Below are positions 42,661 to 53,234 of a stretch of 64,000 bases of DNA, piece by piece. The stretch comes from Terriglobia bacterium (GTDB taxonomy: Bacteria > Acidobacteriota > Terriglobia > Acidiferrales > UBA7541): NCBI GenBank assembly GCA_963695545.1, contig OY968796.1:1056001-1120000 (forward strand), read 5' to 3'. The translations under genes and the position numbers were made by a program. Numbering within the stretch: position 1 is the first letter of the stretch; each line of letters starts with the position of its first letter. The notes beneath the pieces were generated by a model. It searched no databases. It was not told the origin of the DNA and saw only the letters and a program-made list of their open reading frames with translations.

Positions 42661-45600
42661 CTTGTAACGCTTGCGGATGATGAAGTCGAGGCCGAAGGTG
42701 CCGTTTTCATCGCGGAGGGCGACGATGGAAAGCGTGCGGCTGATGTCGTATTCGATTTGGATGACTTGCTCCTGCGTGGAGGAGACGTTGGTGACGTAGG
42801 TGACGGAGAGATTGCGATTGACCTGCTGCTCGATGGTGACGCGCGCGGCGTTGGTTTGAATGGAAGTGGGACCGCCGAGAAATGGATCGACGCGGAAACT
42901 GGTGACGCCGAAGAGGCGCTCGACGCGCGAGCCGAGCTGGCTGGAGATGGCTTCGGAGAGCAGGGTGGTGGCGCCGAGCTCGGGCGTGGATGTGCCGGAG
43001 GTTCCGCGCAAGCCGCTTTCTTCGCCGGTCTGGCCGAGAGCGAGGAGCGAGATGATGTCGCTCGAGGGCAGCGGCGGATCGGCGCGATAGGAAAGCGCGA
43101 GGCGGCTGGCGGGTCCGGTGAAATCGAGCGTGACTTCGTATTGCTGGATGGTGGTGGTGGCTTCGACGTTGAGCACGGGATCGAGACGAAACGGATTTGA
43201 GAAATTTAATTCTCCGCGCGTGAGCTTGAACTGATTGCCGCGGAAACTCATTTCGCCCGACAGCAGATGAATGTGTCCAAGCAGGATGGGGCGGTCCCAG
43301 GTGCCGCGGACGCGCAGGCTCGCGTCGATCTGAAAACTCGCGCCGGGCCATTGCATGCGAGCGTCGGGGCTGCCATCGATTTGAAGATCGAATTGCAGAT
43401 TGCGCAGGAAGGGCGAACCGGTGGTGGGCGCGCCGATGGGTTCGTTCGAGGAACTGACGAGCGAGGCGAGATCGAAGCCTTCGGACATGAGCAGGCGGTT
43501 GACGATGACGTGCCCGGAGAGCACGGCGGAATTTGAATCGCCGACGAGGCGAATCGTGCCGCCGGCGAGCCAGCTCATGCCGACGGGGTAGCGCACGCGC
43601 ACTTGATCGGAATTCGCGGAGAGATCGAAGCGCAGCGGGCCATCGCCGTAGGTGATGGCGCCGGTGATCTGCGCGGTGCCGCCGCCGGTTTGCGCGGTGA
43701 CGCCGTCGAGGACCAGGCGCGTGGCGTCAAAAATGAAATTGCCGTTGACGTGGCTGAGGCCGGAGGGGAAATCGCCGTAGTTCGCGGATGCGTCTGCGAC
43801 ACGGATGTTTCCGCGAAGGCGCGGGGCGGAAATGGTGCCGGCGATATCGGCGTTCACTTGCGCGCGGCCGCCGGCTTCGAGTTGCGGCCAGAAGCCGCCG
43901 ACAAGCTGGAGATTAACGGCGCCGACGACGTGCAGATCGAGAGCTGAGTTGGCGCCGAATTTTGCGTCGCCGGAGATGCTGACGTCGGTGTCGGGTCCAT
44001 GGAGATTAGCCTGGCCGATGCGGACTTCGCCGGTGCGGTAATTGAGATGGATGGGGCCGGCGTTTACGAGATCGACGGATTCGACGTGGAACTCGATGCG
44101 CGATAACGCGAGTTCGACAGACAACGTATCGGGCTGCGCGAGGAAACCGGCGAAGGCGGCGTGGCCATCGGCCGAACTGTGTCCGGTGAGGCCGACGAGA
44201 TGCAGAGCAGCGATGAGAAACGGATCGAGATCGAGATGATCGAAGGTCATCTGGCCTTGCACGGGATCGTTGCCGCCGAGGGAGACTTCGAGTTGGCCAT
44301 CGAGATGGCCGGTGGACATGGCGGAACTGAGTTGCAGCGACATCGTGCGCCCATTGCCGGTGAGGCGGCCTTCAAAGCTGCCGACGGTGTCGCCGCCGAG
44401 CTGCAGATTCACTACGCGCAGCGAGCCTTCGGCGGTGGGCGCGGCGAGCGGGCCAGAGCCGCGCAACTCAAAACTCAGTTGGCCGCCGACGGAGAGTTTG
44501 GACAATTGCACGCGCGAAATAGTTTCGAGAGGAATCGCGGCGCCGGTGACATCGAACGAGACGGTGCGATTATTTGTGTTGTACGAGAATCCGCCGGTGA
44601 CGAGGCCGGGCGGCGCTGCGGCCGGCGCTCCCGCGGCGGCGGGCAAGCGGAGCTCGGCATTCGAGATGCTCACCGTGCCGTGGCTGAGCGCGAGTTCGCC
44701 GCGCGCGCGAGCGAGGCGCCAGCCCCAACCTTCAAGATCGGTGACGTCAAATAATCCGGTGAGTTCGGGATCGGCGCGCGTACCACGGCCGTGAAATTCT
44801 CCGGTGAGCGTGCCGTGCGCGGGATACGACCAGCCGAAGATTTGCTGCACGTCGTCGGTATCGGCTCCCGATAAGCTGACGTCGAGCGTCCATGCGGAGG
44901 AGGGAGCGAACGTCCAATCGTCGAGCGCGAGCGTGAGGTCCAATTGCGCGGTGGATTTGCCGCGGCGCGCGACGGTGTGCGCGAGGGTGAATTCGGATGG
45001 ACCGTAAGTGAGCGCGCCGGCGAATTCGTCCCACGCGAGCGAGGCGTAGCGAGCTTGTTGCGCGCGAACGGAACCGGCGAACGTGGGCGAGCCGATCGGG
45101 CCGGAGATCGTGCCGTCCCAATGGACTTGGCCGCCGATCACTTCGGGCTCGGAGTCCACACCGCGCAGGCGATTGATGAAGTCGTCCCAATCGGCGAGGC
45201 GCGTGGTGTCGAACTTCAGATCGAGCGCGGAATTGTACTTGCCGATGACGCCTTGGAAATCGACCGTGCTCGTGGGCGTCGAGATTTGGCTGGGGCCGAT
45301 GCGCACGATTTGCGGCGTGACGAAGTAGTCGAAGTCGATGCGCGCGGTTGTCGGAATCGTGCCGGGGGCGGGCGCGTCGGGGGGAGCGAAGAGAGCGACG
45401 CCGCGCGCTTCGACATCTTTAAAGCCGCCGGTCCACGTGGTGGTCGAGGTGACGGCGACGCTGCCGGACCAACGCAGCGGCGCGAGCGGAAATCCGCGGT
45501 GCTCGACGGCCTTGAAAACCTCGGCGAGATCGGCGCCGCCGCCGGTGGTGTCAGCGCGGAAACGAGGCCCGGCGTAGTCCATGTGCAGGCGACCGGCGAA

Positions 45601-46662
45601 GTGGCCGCCGAGAGCGGCGATTTCGAGATCGGGAACGTCGAGGCCGCCCGGCCCTGCCTGGTAATCGCCGCGCGTGGACATGCCGCGATCGTGAAACCAT
45701 AAATGAGAGATCGCAATCTGCTCGCCATCGTAGTGACCGCTGACGCCCCATTGCGGCGCGGCGTGGCTGGCTGGGCCAGCGGAGGCGTAGCGGCCTTGGC
45801 CGGTGAAATCGACGAGGCCAGTGGGCGCGGTGGGCGCGTGGAAAATGTCGCGAATATCCTGGAGGTCGAGGCGGCCGCGATAGCGGAAGTTCAGGACGGG
45901 CGTTGCGAAACTTTCCAGATCGGCCTGCGCGTCGAGCGTGGAGTGCGGCAATTGCAGAACAAGTTGCGTGAGATGAAAACCGGGCTCGGTGAGCGTGAAT
46001 CGCGCGGCGAGATCGGAAGGAAACGGCAGGAGGCGCCCCTCCTGAAATTCGGCGTGTTTCCATTCGAGATCGCCGATGTAAAGCGGCGCTCCGGAAGGTG
46101 TGGCGTAATCCATGGCGAGGTGAAATTGTTCGGCCTGGAAATCGATGGGGCGGCGTACGTCGTTGTAGAAAAATTCTCCGTCGTCGAGGCGAATCGCGCC
46201 GATGGCCAATTCGAACAGGCGCGTTCGCCACGGAGTCTGCGGCCTTCTTACGGCGGGCGAGGGCACGTTCGTCGAACCGTCGGCCGCGACGAGGAGGTGA
46301 ACCGAGGGATGCTCGACCTCCAGGCTTGAAAGCGAGAGCGCGCGCCGCCAGAGAGCATCTCCGCGAATGCCGACGACGATACGGTCGGCGTGGAACAACG
46401 GCGCGGCGGCGGCGAGTTCAGTGCCGTGGAGCGTGAAATTTTCGAGCGTGACGCGCAGCGAAAACCATTCGATATGCACGCCGCCCAGTTCGGCTCGGCC
46501 GCCGGTGCTTTTCTCGAGTCTTGAAACGACGGCGCGGCGGGCCCATTGTTCGACAACGCCGGTCCAGATCAGAACGCCTGCGACGAGCGCGAGAAGGATC
46601 GCCAAGGCCGCGATGGAAACGAACGCGCGGCGAAGAGAGCGGAAGATTTGCCGGGCCTTCAT
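42658..46662 (-). CDS. tamB: Translocation/assembly module TamB (AsmA-like)
   Basis: About 1330 aa; N-terminal TM anchor, beta-taco-type sequence, C-terminal DUF490-like region (F.NPFRLDPVL, YRADPPL). Confidence 0.88.
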   Translation of the reverse strand: MKARQIFRSLRRAFVSIAALAILLALVAGVLIWTGVVEQWARRAVVSRLEKSTGGRAELGGVHIEWFSLRVTLENFTLHGTELAAAAPLFHADRIVVGIRGDALWRRALSLSSLEVEHPSVHLLVAADGSTNVPSPAVRRPQTPWRTRLFELAIGAIRLDDGEFFYNDVRRPIDFQAEQFHLAMDYATPSGAPLYIGDLEWKHAEFQEGRLLPFPSDLAARFTLTEPGFHLTQLVLQLPHSTLDAQADLESFATPVLNFRYRGRLDLQDIRDIFHAPTAPTGLVDFTGQGRYASAGPASHAAPQWGVSGHYDGEQIAISHLWFHDRGMSTRGDYQAGPGGLDVPDLEIAALGGHFAGRLHMDYAGPRFRADTTGGGADLAEVFKAVEHRGFPLAPLRWSGSVAVTSTTTWTGGFKDVEARGVALFAPPDAPAPGTIPTTARIDFDYFVTPQIVRIGPSQISTPTSTVDFQGVIGKYNSALDLKFDTTRLADWDDFINRLRGVDSEPEVIGGQVHWDGTISGPIGSPTFAGSVRAQQARYASLAWDEFAGALTYGPSEFTLAHTVARRGKSTAQLDLTLALDDWTFAPSSAWTLDVSLSGADTDDVQQIFGWSYPAHGTLTGEFHGRGTRADPELTGLFDVTDLEGWGWRLARARGELALSHGTVSISNAELRLPAAAGAPAAAPPGLVTGGFSYNTNNRTVSFDVTGAAIPLETISRVQLSKLSVGGQLSFELRGSGPLAAPTAEGSLRVVNLQLGGDTVGSFEGRLTGNGRTMSLQLSSAMSTGHLDGQLEVSLGGNDPVQGQMTFDHLDLDPFLIAALHLVGLTGHSSADGHAAFAGFLAQPDTLSVELALSRIEFHVESVDLVNAGPIHLNYRTGEVRIGQANLHGPDTDVSISGDAKFGANSALDLHVVGAVNLQLVGGFWPQLEAGGRAQVNADIAGTISAPRLRGNIRVADASANYGDFPSGLSHVNGNFIFDATRLVLDGVTAQTGGGTAQITGAITYGDGPLRFDLSANSDQVRVRYPVGMSWLAGGTIRLVGDSNSAVLSGHVIVNRLLMSEGFDLASLVSSSNEPIGAPTTGSPFLRNLQFDLQIDGSPDARMQWPGASFQIDASLRVRGTWDRPILLGHIHLLSGEMSFRGNQFKLTRGELNFSNPFRLDPVLNVEATTTIQQYEVTLDFTGPASRLALSYRADPPLPSSDIISLLALGQTGEESGLRGTSGTSTPELGATTLLSEAISSQLGSRVERLFGVTSFRVDPFLGGPTSIQTNAARVTIEQQVNRNLSVTYVTNVSSTQEQVIQIEYDISRTLSIVALRDENGTFGLDFIIRKRYK

Positions 46663-46747
46663 CGGGCGCTCCACTTTATTTTGGCGTTCCACATTATCGC
46701 GGCACTCCAAATCATCTTGTAGATGCTGATCATTTTGAACGCACGCG

Positions 46748-47449
46748 TCATTTCGGCGCCCCGGCCGAGCTCGGCGCTCCGCTTGATTCCGCTGCCTGAC
46801 CGGGCGGCGGCACGATTTCGATGCGCAGACGATCCTTCGATTCGTCGATCCATTGGGCGGCGAGGCGATTGATCTGCTGCTGGGTCAGCAGCTCACGGAT
46901 GTGATCCTGCACATCGCCAAGCGGCGGCGCGGCTTGGCCTTGCTTTTGCAAAGCGGGAACGAGTTGATCGTTGTAGTACGCGTCGATTTGCTTGGGATCG
47001 ATCTGCACGGAATCGCGGAATTTTGAATCGAGGTAGCGCTCGAGATACGCCTGCCGCGCCACCATTTGATGCACGTCGTCGGCCGAAAGGCCAAGCTCGG
47101 CCAAACGCGCACGGTACGCGTCGGGCGTCGGGAATTTCTTCTCGATTTCGGCGACGTCGCTTGCTACTTCCGATTCCGGCGCGGCCGGAAAGTGCGCAGA
47201 TTGGGCCTCGGAATTGACGATCCATTGTTCGATCAGCTCTTCCGTGAGGCGGTCGTCGGAATCGGCGCTGCCGGTGACGAGCTTCTGATAAGCGGCCAAT
47301 TGATCGAGATCGCTCTGCGTCAAAATATCGTCTTCGATGCGCACGACGATGCGATCCACGATCTGCTGCGCGCGGAGAAGCGGCGCGGCGAGCGCGGCGA
47401 CAAAGACGGCGGCAAAAAGCAGCGCGGCGGTGAGCGCTTTGGGCCGCAT
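46748..47449 (-). CDS. SurA N-terminal domain-like periplasmic chaperone
   Basis: Signal peptide then IVDRIVVRIEDDILTQSDL; no clear parvulin domain. Confidence 0.75.
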   Translation of the reverse strand: MRPKALTAALLFAAVFVAALAAPLLRAQQIVDRIVVRIEDDILTQSDLDQLAAYQKLVTGSADSDDRLTEELIEQWIVNSEAQSAHFPAAPESEVASDVAEIEKKFPTPDAYRARLAELGLSADDVHQMVARQAYLERYLDSKFRDSVQIDPKQIDAYYNDQLVPALQKQGQAAPPLGDVQDHIRELLTQQQINRLAAQWIDESKDRLRIEIVPPPGQAAESSGAPSSAGAPK

Positions 47450-50400
47450 CAGAAGCCACCTCCCAAATTCACGAAGAATTGGAATGCCGGCAGGCGCTGC
47501 AGCATCAAGCCGCCGCTTGGCGCGGGCAGAAGGAATTGCGCGGGATTGAGCTGATAGCCCAAATCTACGCTGATGGGCCCGACGGGCGTGGCGTAGCGAA
47601 ACTCGAAACCGACGGTGTGAGAAAAATAATCGAGTTGGTTCGAGCAGTTTTCAATGCAAGTGGTCGGACTGGTTGAGCTGAAGACCGGAGTCGGCGGCGA
47701 GGCGCGCAGCGTGATGGCCTTGAAATCGCTGAAGACGTTGCCGCCGTCGTAGAAAATTCCGCCGCCCAGACGATTGCCGATCCACGGCAAGTGCATGGGG
47801 AAGCGCAGATCCTGATTGAACTCCAGGAGAGCGAGACCGCCGACGGGAAATCCCGTGAGCGGATCGCGAGGGCCGGCCTGATTCAAACCGAATCCCTGCA
47901 AGGAACCCCCGCCGCCGGCGAAGAATCGCTCGGGGAGCGGAATATCGTCGGCGACACTTCCGGCGTAGGGAGATTGCACGCCGAAAGATGTGGAGCGGGC
48001 GAAGACCAGGTGGCGGCCGAGAGGGGTGTATGTGGAATCCTGCACGAAAAATCGAATGAAATTGGAGCTCGAATCGAGCGCCTTGGTAGCGATGCTCAAG
48101 TCCGCGTTGTCGAATTCGCCGTGTGTGGGATCGCCCGGGTTGTCGCGGCGGTCTCGCTCCCAGGCCAAGCCGAAACCCGAGGCTTGCGTCGGCTGGCTGA
48201 ACAAGGGAATTTCTTCCGGATCGATCTGGAGGTCGCTGGCCAGCACGCGGCGATAGAAATATCGCCCGAGAAGTTTACTCGATGACGAAAGGCGGTCGGT
48301 GAGCTGGAACGAGCCTTCTTCGCGCGTCGAAGTGAAGGTCTGAATGTCGCGCGTCTTGTCGGCGTAAGCGGTGACCTGCAGGCTGAAGCGCGCCTTGCCG
48401 AATGCGTTGGGATGGTCGTAACTCAACACGGCGCGGCCCTGCAGGGTGCTTGCGCGGATCTTGAAACTCAGCGTGTCGGCGCGGCCGGTTAGATTCAATT
48501 TGGCGATCTCAAAGGTGACGCGCGGGCTGAATTCCAGTACGGTGCCGGTGGGGCCGGAACTCGCGGTGCCGATGCGTTGCGCTTCAAAACCGATGCCGTA
48601 GGCCAGCGTGAGACTTTTCGCCTCCTGGACCAGAACGACCATGGTCTTATTCGGATCGTCGCCGGCGGGATTTTGCGGCGCAACCTGCACGCTCGAAAAA
48701 ATTCCCAGATTGTAGAGGCGGCGCTGCGTCTCAAAAACCTGGCCTTCGGAAAGTGGCTGGCCCGCTTTGATGGTGATCTCGCGCTCGATCACGCCGAGCC
48801 GCGTGCGCTCGAAACCGGCCACATAGACGCCCGCAACTTCTTGCTGCGTACCTTCGGCGATCGAGTATGTGAGATCGACGCGAGGCGTGCCACCGGACTC
48901 GGCGGACGGCAGATTCTCGATGCGGCTGGTGAATTGGGCGTCGGGAAAACCCTCATCGTAATAGAGCGCGAGGACGTTGGCGCGGTCCGTGGCGACGTTG
49001 AATTCGGAATACGGTTGGCCGACCGAAGAGCCGATGACTTTTTGCAATTCGGCGGTCGAGAGAACTTGGTTGCCTTGCACCTGCAGTTCGCCGACACGCG
49101 TCTGCGCGCCCTCGTGAACGTGAAACTGGACGAAGATATCTTCGCTCTTGCCGTGATAGTTTTCCGAGGTCTCGGCATCCACCTGAGCCGCGAGAAATCC
49201 GTTGGCCTGGTAGAGAGCGAGGATCGAAGCGGTGTCCTGATCGAGCAACTCGCGACTGAATCGGCTGCGCACGGCGAAGGTGGCGGGCTCGATGTGCAGA
49301 CGGTTGCGCAAGAGAGCGTCGCTGAAATACAGATTGCCATCGAACGAGACGCCGACGAGGCGGCGTCGGTCTCCGCGATTCACGGTGTAGATGATGTTCT
49401 CGGTTTTGCCGGCGGCGGGAGTTGTGGCAGGCGCCGCGATTGGCCCCGGACCGGCTGCGGCGGCCTGACCTTCGTCGACTGCGGTGGTCTGGCCTTCGGG
49501 GTTCGGCGCCGGTTGCTGAGTTTCCCTATTGGCGGGAACCGCACCGGGAGGCTGAGCCACCGAATAATTTACGGTGGCGTCGAAATAGCCATCGCGTTCA
49601 AGAGCGTTGCGCAGGTCGCGGCGCCCTTCCTGGAGCAGATCGTCATCGACGGCGCCCTCCTGATAAATCGGCAGCAACTGGCGCAGATCGTGGCTGGATA
49701 TCTTCCATCCGACGACCTGGACGGTTACTTTGAGGCCGGTGGTGACGGCGACGGCGAGCGGGATGGTGTTCGATGCCGCGGCGTAATCGCCGCGAGTGAG
49801 CGTGACGCGCGCGCTGAGGTAGCCGCGTCCGACGAGCCAGTTCCGCAATCGGTCGGTGGCCTTCTCCAATTGATCGGAGGTGACTTCCTTTCCGGATTTC
49901 AATTTGAGGTGGGCGCGCAGATCTTCGGAGGACATTCTCTGAGACGCTTCGATGGCGATGGCGCCGAGGCGCGCGCGCGGTCCGGGCGTGACGCGCACGG
50001 TGATGTTCATCGCGTTTTGGTCGGGGAGCGGCGTTAGCTCGGGATCGAGCTGCGCTTGGTAAAAACCATCGTTCGCCAACGTCTGACGGAGGCGCGCGAG
50101 CGCGGGATCCAGATCGCTCTGGCGAAAAGGAACGCCGAGCGCCAACTGAAGCGAGGATTCGGCCAGCCCCTCGCTGGGCGGCTCGCGCAAGCCGGTGACG
50201 AGAACTTGATTGATGAAAAGATTCGGGCGCACGACGTAATCGAGGCGCACACCTCCAGCGACCGGCGTGAGCACGGCGCGCAAGTCGGCATAGCGACCCG
50301 TGAGAAACAGCTCACGCAGGGTTTGGCGTTCGGCGTCCAAAGAGAAGAGCTGGCCGGGCTGGAGCGTCAGTCGTGCGGGATTCTCTTCGAGAACGGCGCC

Positions 50401-50550
50401 GGATTCAGCGACGATGCGGACGGCCACGACTCGCGGCGCCGCAGCCGGCGAGCCGGACTGCGCGGCCGCGAAAACGGCCGAGCCGAGGCAAAGCAGCGCC
50501 AGGCAAACGGCGAGCCGTCGCGAGACATTCCAATCGATCGACATAAACAT
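47449..50550 (-). CDS. Omp85 family (TamA/BamA-like) protein with multiple POTRA domains
   Basis: Repeated POTRA-like units, ERFFAGG, YATPVGPISVDLGY, C-terminal F. Confidence 0.9.
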   Translation of the reverse strand: MFMSIDWNVSRRLAVCLALLCLGSAVFAAAQSGSPAAAPRVVAVRIVAESGAVLEENPARLTLQPGQLFSLDAERQTLRELFLTGRYADLRAVLTPVAGGVRLDYVVRPNLFINQVLVTGLREPPSEGLAESSLQLALGVPFRQSDLDPALARLRQTLANDGFYQAQLDPELTPLPDQNAMNITVRVTPGPRARLGAIAIEASQRMSSEDLRAHLKLKSGKEVTSDQLEKATDRLRNWLVGRGYLSARVTLTRGDYAAASNTIPLAVAVTTGLKVTVQVVGWKISSHDLRQLLPIYQEGAVDDDLLQEGRRDLRNALERDGYFDATVNYSVAQPPGAVPANRETQQPAPNPEGQTTAVDEGQAAAAGPGPIAAPATTPAAGKTENIIYTVNRGDRRRLVGVSFDGNLYFSDALLRNRLHIEPATFAVRSRFSRELLDQDTASILALYQANGFLAAQVDAETSENYHGKSEDIFVQFHVHEGAQTRVGELQVQGNQVLSTAELQKVIGSSVGQPYSEFNVATDRANVLALYYDEGFPDAQFTSRIENLPSAESGGTPRVDLTYSIAEGTQQEVAGVYVAGFERTRLGVIEREITIKAGQPLSEGQVFETQRRLYNLGIFSSVQVAPQNPAGDDPNKTMVVLVQEAKSLTLAYGIGFEAQRIGTASSGPTGTVLEFSPRVTFEIAKLNLTGRADTLSFKIRASTLQGRAVLSYDHPNAFGKARFSLQVTAYADKTRDIQTFTSTREEGSFQLTDRLSSSSKLLGRYFYRRVLASDLQIDPEEIPLFSQPTQASGFGLAWERDRRDNPGDPTHGEFDNADLSIATKALDSSSNFIRFFVQDSTYTPLGRHLVFARSTSFGVQSPYAGSVADDIPLPERFFAGGGGSLQGFGLNQAGPRDPLTGFPVGGLALLEFNQDLRFPMHLPWIGNRLGGGIFYDGGNVFSDFKAITLRASPPTPVFSSTSPTTCIENCSNQLDYFSHTVGFEFRYATPVGPISVDLGYQLNPAQFLLPAPSGGLMLQRLPAFQFFVNLGGGF

Positions 50551-50683
50551 TCACAGGAGCAAGGGTAGCACAGGCGCGCAAGGACGCCTCCGCGGATTCT
50601 GTCTGGCGTGCGTTCGGCGCTATGATGGACGAGGCGAGTCGGCCTGCGCGGAGCGCATTGCTTTAATAGATTCAAGATCGGGT

Positions 50684-51748
50684 ATGGACCCAAAACTCTA
50701 CGAACGATATTCACGGCAGATTCTGTTCGAGGGGATCGGCGAAGCCGGGCAGCAGCGCTTGCTCGAGAGTTCCGCCGTGCTCATTGGCTGCGGGGCGCTG
50801 GGCACGGCCGTGGCGAATCTTCTGGTGCGCGCGGGACTTGGCCGGCTGCGGATTGTGGATCGTGACTTCGTGGAACCGTCAAACCTGCAGCGGCAAACGC
50901 TGTTCACCGAATCCGACGCACGGCAGGCGCTGCCGAAGGCGATTGCGGCCGAACGGCGGCTGGGCGAAATCAATTCCGGTGTGCGCGTGGAAGGCGTGGT
51001 GGCGGATCTGCAACCCGCGAATGCCGCGGAGCTGCTGGGTGGATTTCCTTTGATTCTTGACGCCGCGGACAATTTCGAGACGCGCTTGCTGATCAACGAC
51101 GCGAGCGCGAAATTTGGCGTGCCGTGGATTTACGCGGCGGTGGTCGCAAGCTACGGCGTGACCATGACGATTCATCCGGGACGAACGCCGTGCCTTGCGT
51201 GCCTGGTGGAATCGGGCGGCGAGGAAGATTCGCTCGCGCCGGGCTCGGGCGCCGAGGCGACTTGCGACACGGCCGGCGTGCTGGCATCGGCGGCGACAGC
51301 GATCGCCGCGCTCGAGGCCGCAGCGGCGATTCGTCTGCTTAGCCGCGCTCCAGGTGAATCAGATGAATCGGAAAGCGCGGGCGGGCGATTGCTTTCGCTC
51401 GACGTGTGGTGGGGCCGCTCGCAAGCGATTCGCGTGGCGCGGCGCGAGAATTGCCGCGCGTGCGTGCGCCACGATTTGCGATTCCTCGAGGGCCATGCGC
51501 AGCCGCACTTGACGATGTGCGGGCGCGATTCGGTGCAGATCCACGAGCGGCGGAGGCAGCTTGATCTGGCCGCGCTCGAGACGCGTCTTGCGGCGACGGC
51601 GTCCGATGTTCGGCAAAACCACTTCTTGCTGCAATTCCGCGTGCCTCCGTATCAGATGACGGTGTTTGCCGACGGCCGCGCGATCGTCAAGGGCACGCGC
51701 GATCCGGCCGTGGCGCGATCACTTTACGCGCGCTACATCGGAACTTAG
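50684..51748 (+). CDS. ThiF/MoeB family adenylyltransferase
   Basis: ERYSRQI, GCGALG, DRDFVEPSNLQRQ, DNFETR, CLAC, TCDTAGV, FADGRAIVKGT. Confidence 0.92.
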   Translation: MDPKLYERYSRQILFEGIGEAGQQRLLESSAVLIGCGALGTAVANLLVRAGLGRLRIVDRDFVEPSNLQRQTLFTESDARQALPKAIAAERRLGEINSGVRVEGVVADLQPANAAELLGGFPLILDAADNFETRLLINDASAKFGVPWIYAAVVASYGVTMTIHPGRTPCLACLVESGGEEDSLAPGSGAEATCDTAGVLASAATAIAALEAAAAIRLLSRAPGESDESESAGGRLLSLDVWWGRSQAIRVARRENCRACVRHDLRFLEGHAQPHLTMCGRDSVQIHERRRQLDLAALETRLAATASDVRQNHFLLQFRVPPYQMTVFADGRAIVKGTRDPAVARSLYARYIGT

Positions 51749-51782
51749 ATAAATAAATCAGGACGGCGGGAGTGGAGTTCGT

Positions 51783-52127
51783 TCAGTTGCCGCCGGTGCG
51801 GCCGACGGGGGCGCGCAAGGCGGCGCGATCTAGATTTTCGCGGAGATTGATGAGCGTGAGGAAGGTGTTGAGCGCGCGGGCCTTCAATTCGTCGGTGAGA
51901 TGCACGCCGCTGGTGGTGACGCGCGCGAGCAATTCGCCGTGTGTGGCGATAAAATTGATGATTTCCACCTGGCGTTCGCGCGCCGCGTTGCCCAGCACGG
52001 TTTCGCGGCGCATTTCGGCGCAGGAGCGTTCGATTTCAAGCGTGAAATGCAGAACGCAGAATTGCTCCTCTTTGAGCGCCGGCGGCACATCGCTTTTGCA
52101 TCCCGCCGCTTTGCAAGTGGAAGCCAT
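51783..52127 (-). CDS. Hypothetical protein with N-terminal Cys/His cluster
   Basis: CKAAGC...FCVLHF; protein-like composition; start uncertain. Confidence 0.6.
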   Translation of the reverse strand: MASTCKAAGCKSDVPPALKEEQFCVLHFTLEIERSCAEMRRETVLGNAARERQVEIINFIATHGELLARVTTSGVHLTDELKARALNTFLTLINLRENLDRAALRAPVGRTGGN

Positions 52128-52394
52128 AGAATTGAGAGCGAACTCGAGTGTCTGCCCAGTAAGTGCCCGGCGAATTGCCAATCCGTTTCCGATGACGGAT
52201 CAGTTCCCGTAGGACGATTGTTAGCATCACGGCCGGGGAAAATCTACAAACTCGAATCCGCGTGGCGCGAAATGAACATCGGGCGGGAGGCGGGCGTGGC
52301 CAGAGCGCTTTTCGGCTCACGGCCGGGGCGGCGCGCATGCTACACTGACCCGGCAAAACCGATAATATAGACCGCAGGCGCAAGGAGTTCTTCG

Positions 52395-53150
52395 ATGTCC
52401 GGGCATTCAAAGTGGGCAACCATCAAGCATAAGAAGGCGGCCACCGACGCCAAGCGCGGCCGCATCTTCACCAAGCTGATCCGCGAAATCACCATTGCGG
52501 CGCGCGTCGGCGGGGGCGACGCGGACTCAAATCCGCGGCTGCGCACCGCCATACTGGCGGCCAAGAATGAAAACATGCCCAACGACAATATCGAGCGCGC
52601 GCTGCAGCGCGGCACGGGACAGCTCGAGGGCGAGCAATTCGAGGAAGTGAATTTCGAGGGATACGGTCCCGGCGGCGTGGGGATGATCGTGCAGGTGGTC
52701 ACCAGCAATCGCAACCGCATCGTCAGCGACCTGCGCCACATGATGAGCAAGCACGGCGGCAACATGGCGGAAACCGGAAGCGTGGGCTGGATGTTCCAGC
52801 GCAAGGGCGACATCACGGTGCCGAAGGATCAAGCGAACGAAGACAAAATGCTTGGGATCGTGCTCGACGCGGGGGCCGAGGATTTGCGCGACGACGGAAC
52901 GGAGTGGGAAGTGGTTTCGCCGCCGGAAAGTTTCGAGACCGTACGCGAGGCGTTGACCAAAGGCGGGATCACGCCGTCAGGCGCAGAGATCGCCTGGGTG
53001 CCGCAGAACTACGTGAAGCTGACCGGCACACAAGCGGGACAGATGCTGCGCCTGGTGGAAGCGCTTGAAGAGCACGACGACGTGCAGCATGTCTTCGCCA
53101 ACTTCGATATCGACGAAAAAGAGATGCAGGCCGTGATGGCGGAGAACTGA
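52395..53150 (+). CDS. yebC: YebC/PmpR family protein
   Basis: MSGHSKWATIKHKK, EGYGPGG, LEEHDDVQHVFAN. Confidence 0.97.
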   Translation: MSGHSKWATIKHKKAATDAKRGRIFTKLIREITIAARVGGGDADSNPRLRTAILAAKNENMPNDNIERALQRGTGQLEGEQFEEVNFEGYGPGGVGMIVQVVTSNRNRIVSDLRHMMSKHGGNMAETGSVGWMFQRKGDITVPKDQANEDKMLGIVLDAGAEDLRDDGTEWEVVSPPESFETVREALTKGGITPSGAEIAWVPQNYVKLTGTQAGQMLRLVEALEEHDDVQHVFANFDIDEKEMQAVMAEN

Positions 53151-53234
53151 GCGTTTCAGTTCGCGTCACCGCGGCGGCAACTCGCGATTAAAAATTCCTA
53201 CCCCTCGTGTTTCTCCGGGCCGTACACTCTTGCC

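Noticed and set aside
50684..51748. ThiF protein as the maturase for the repeat peptide (microcin C-like RiPP)
   Set aside because: It lies 21 kb away and has ordinary MoeB/ThiF features, with no visible peptide-binding N-terminal extension.
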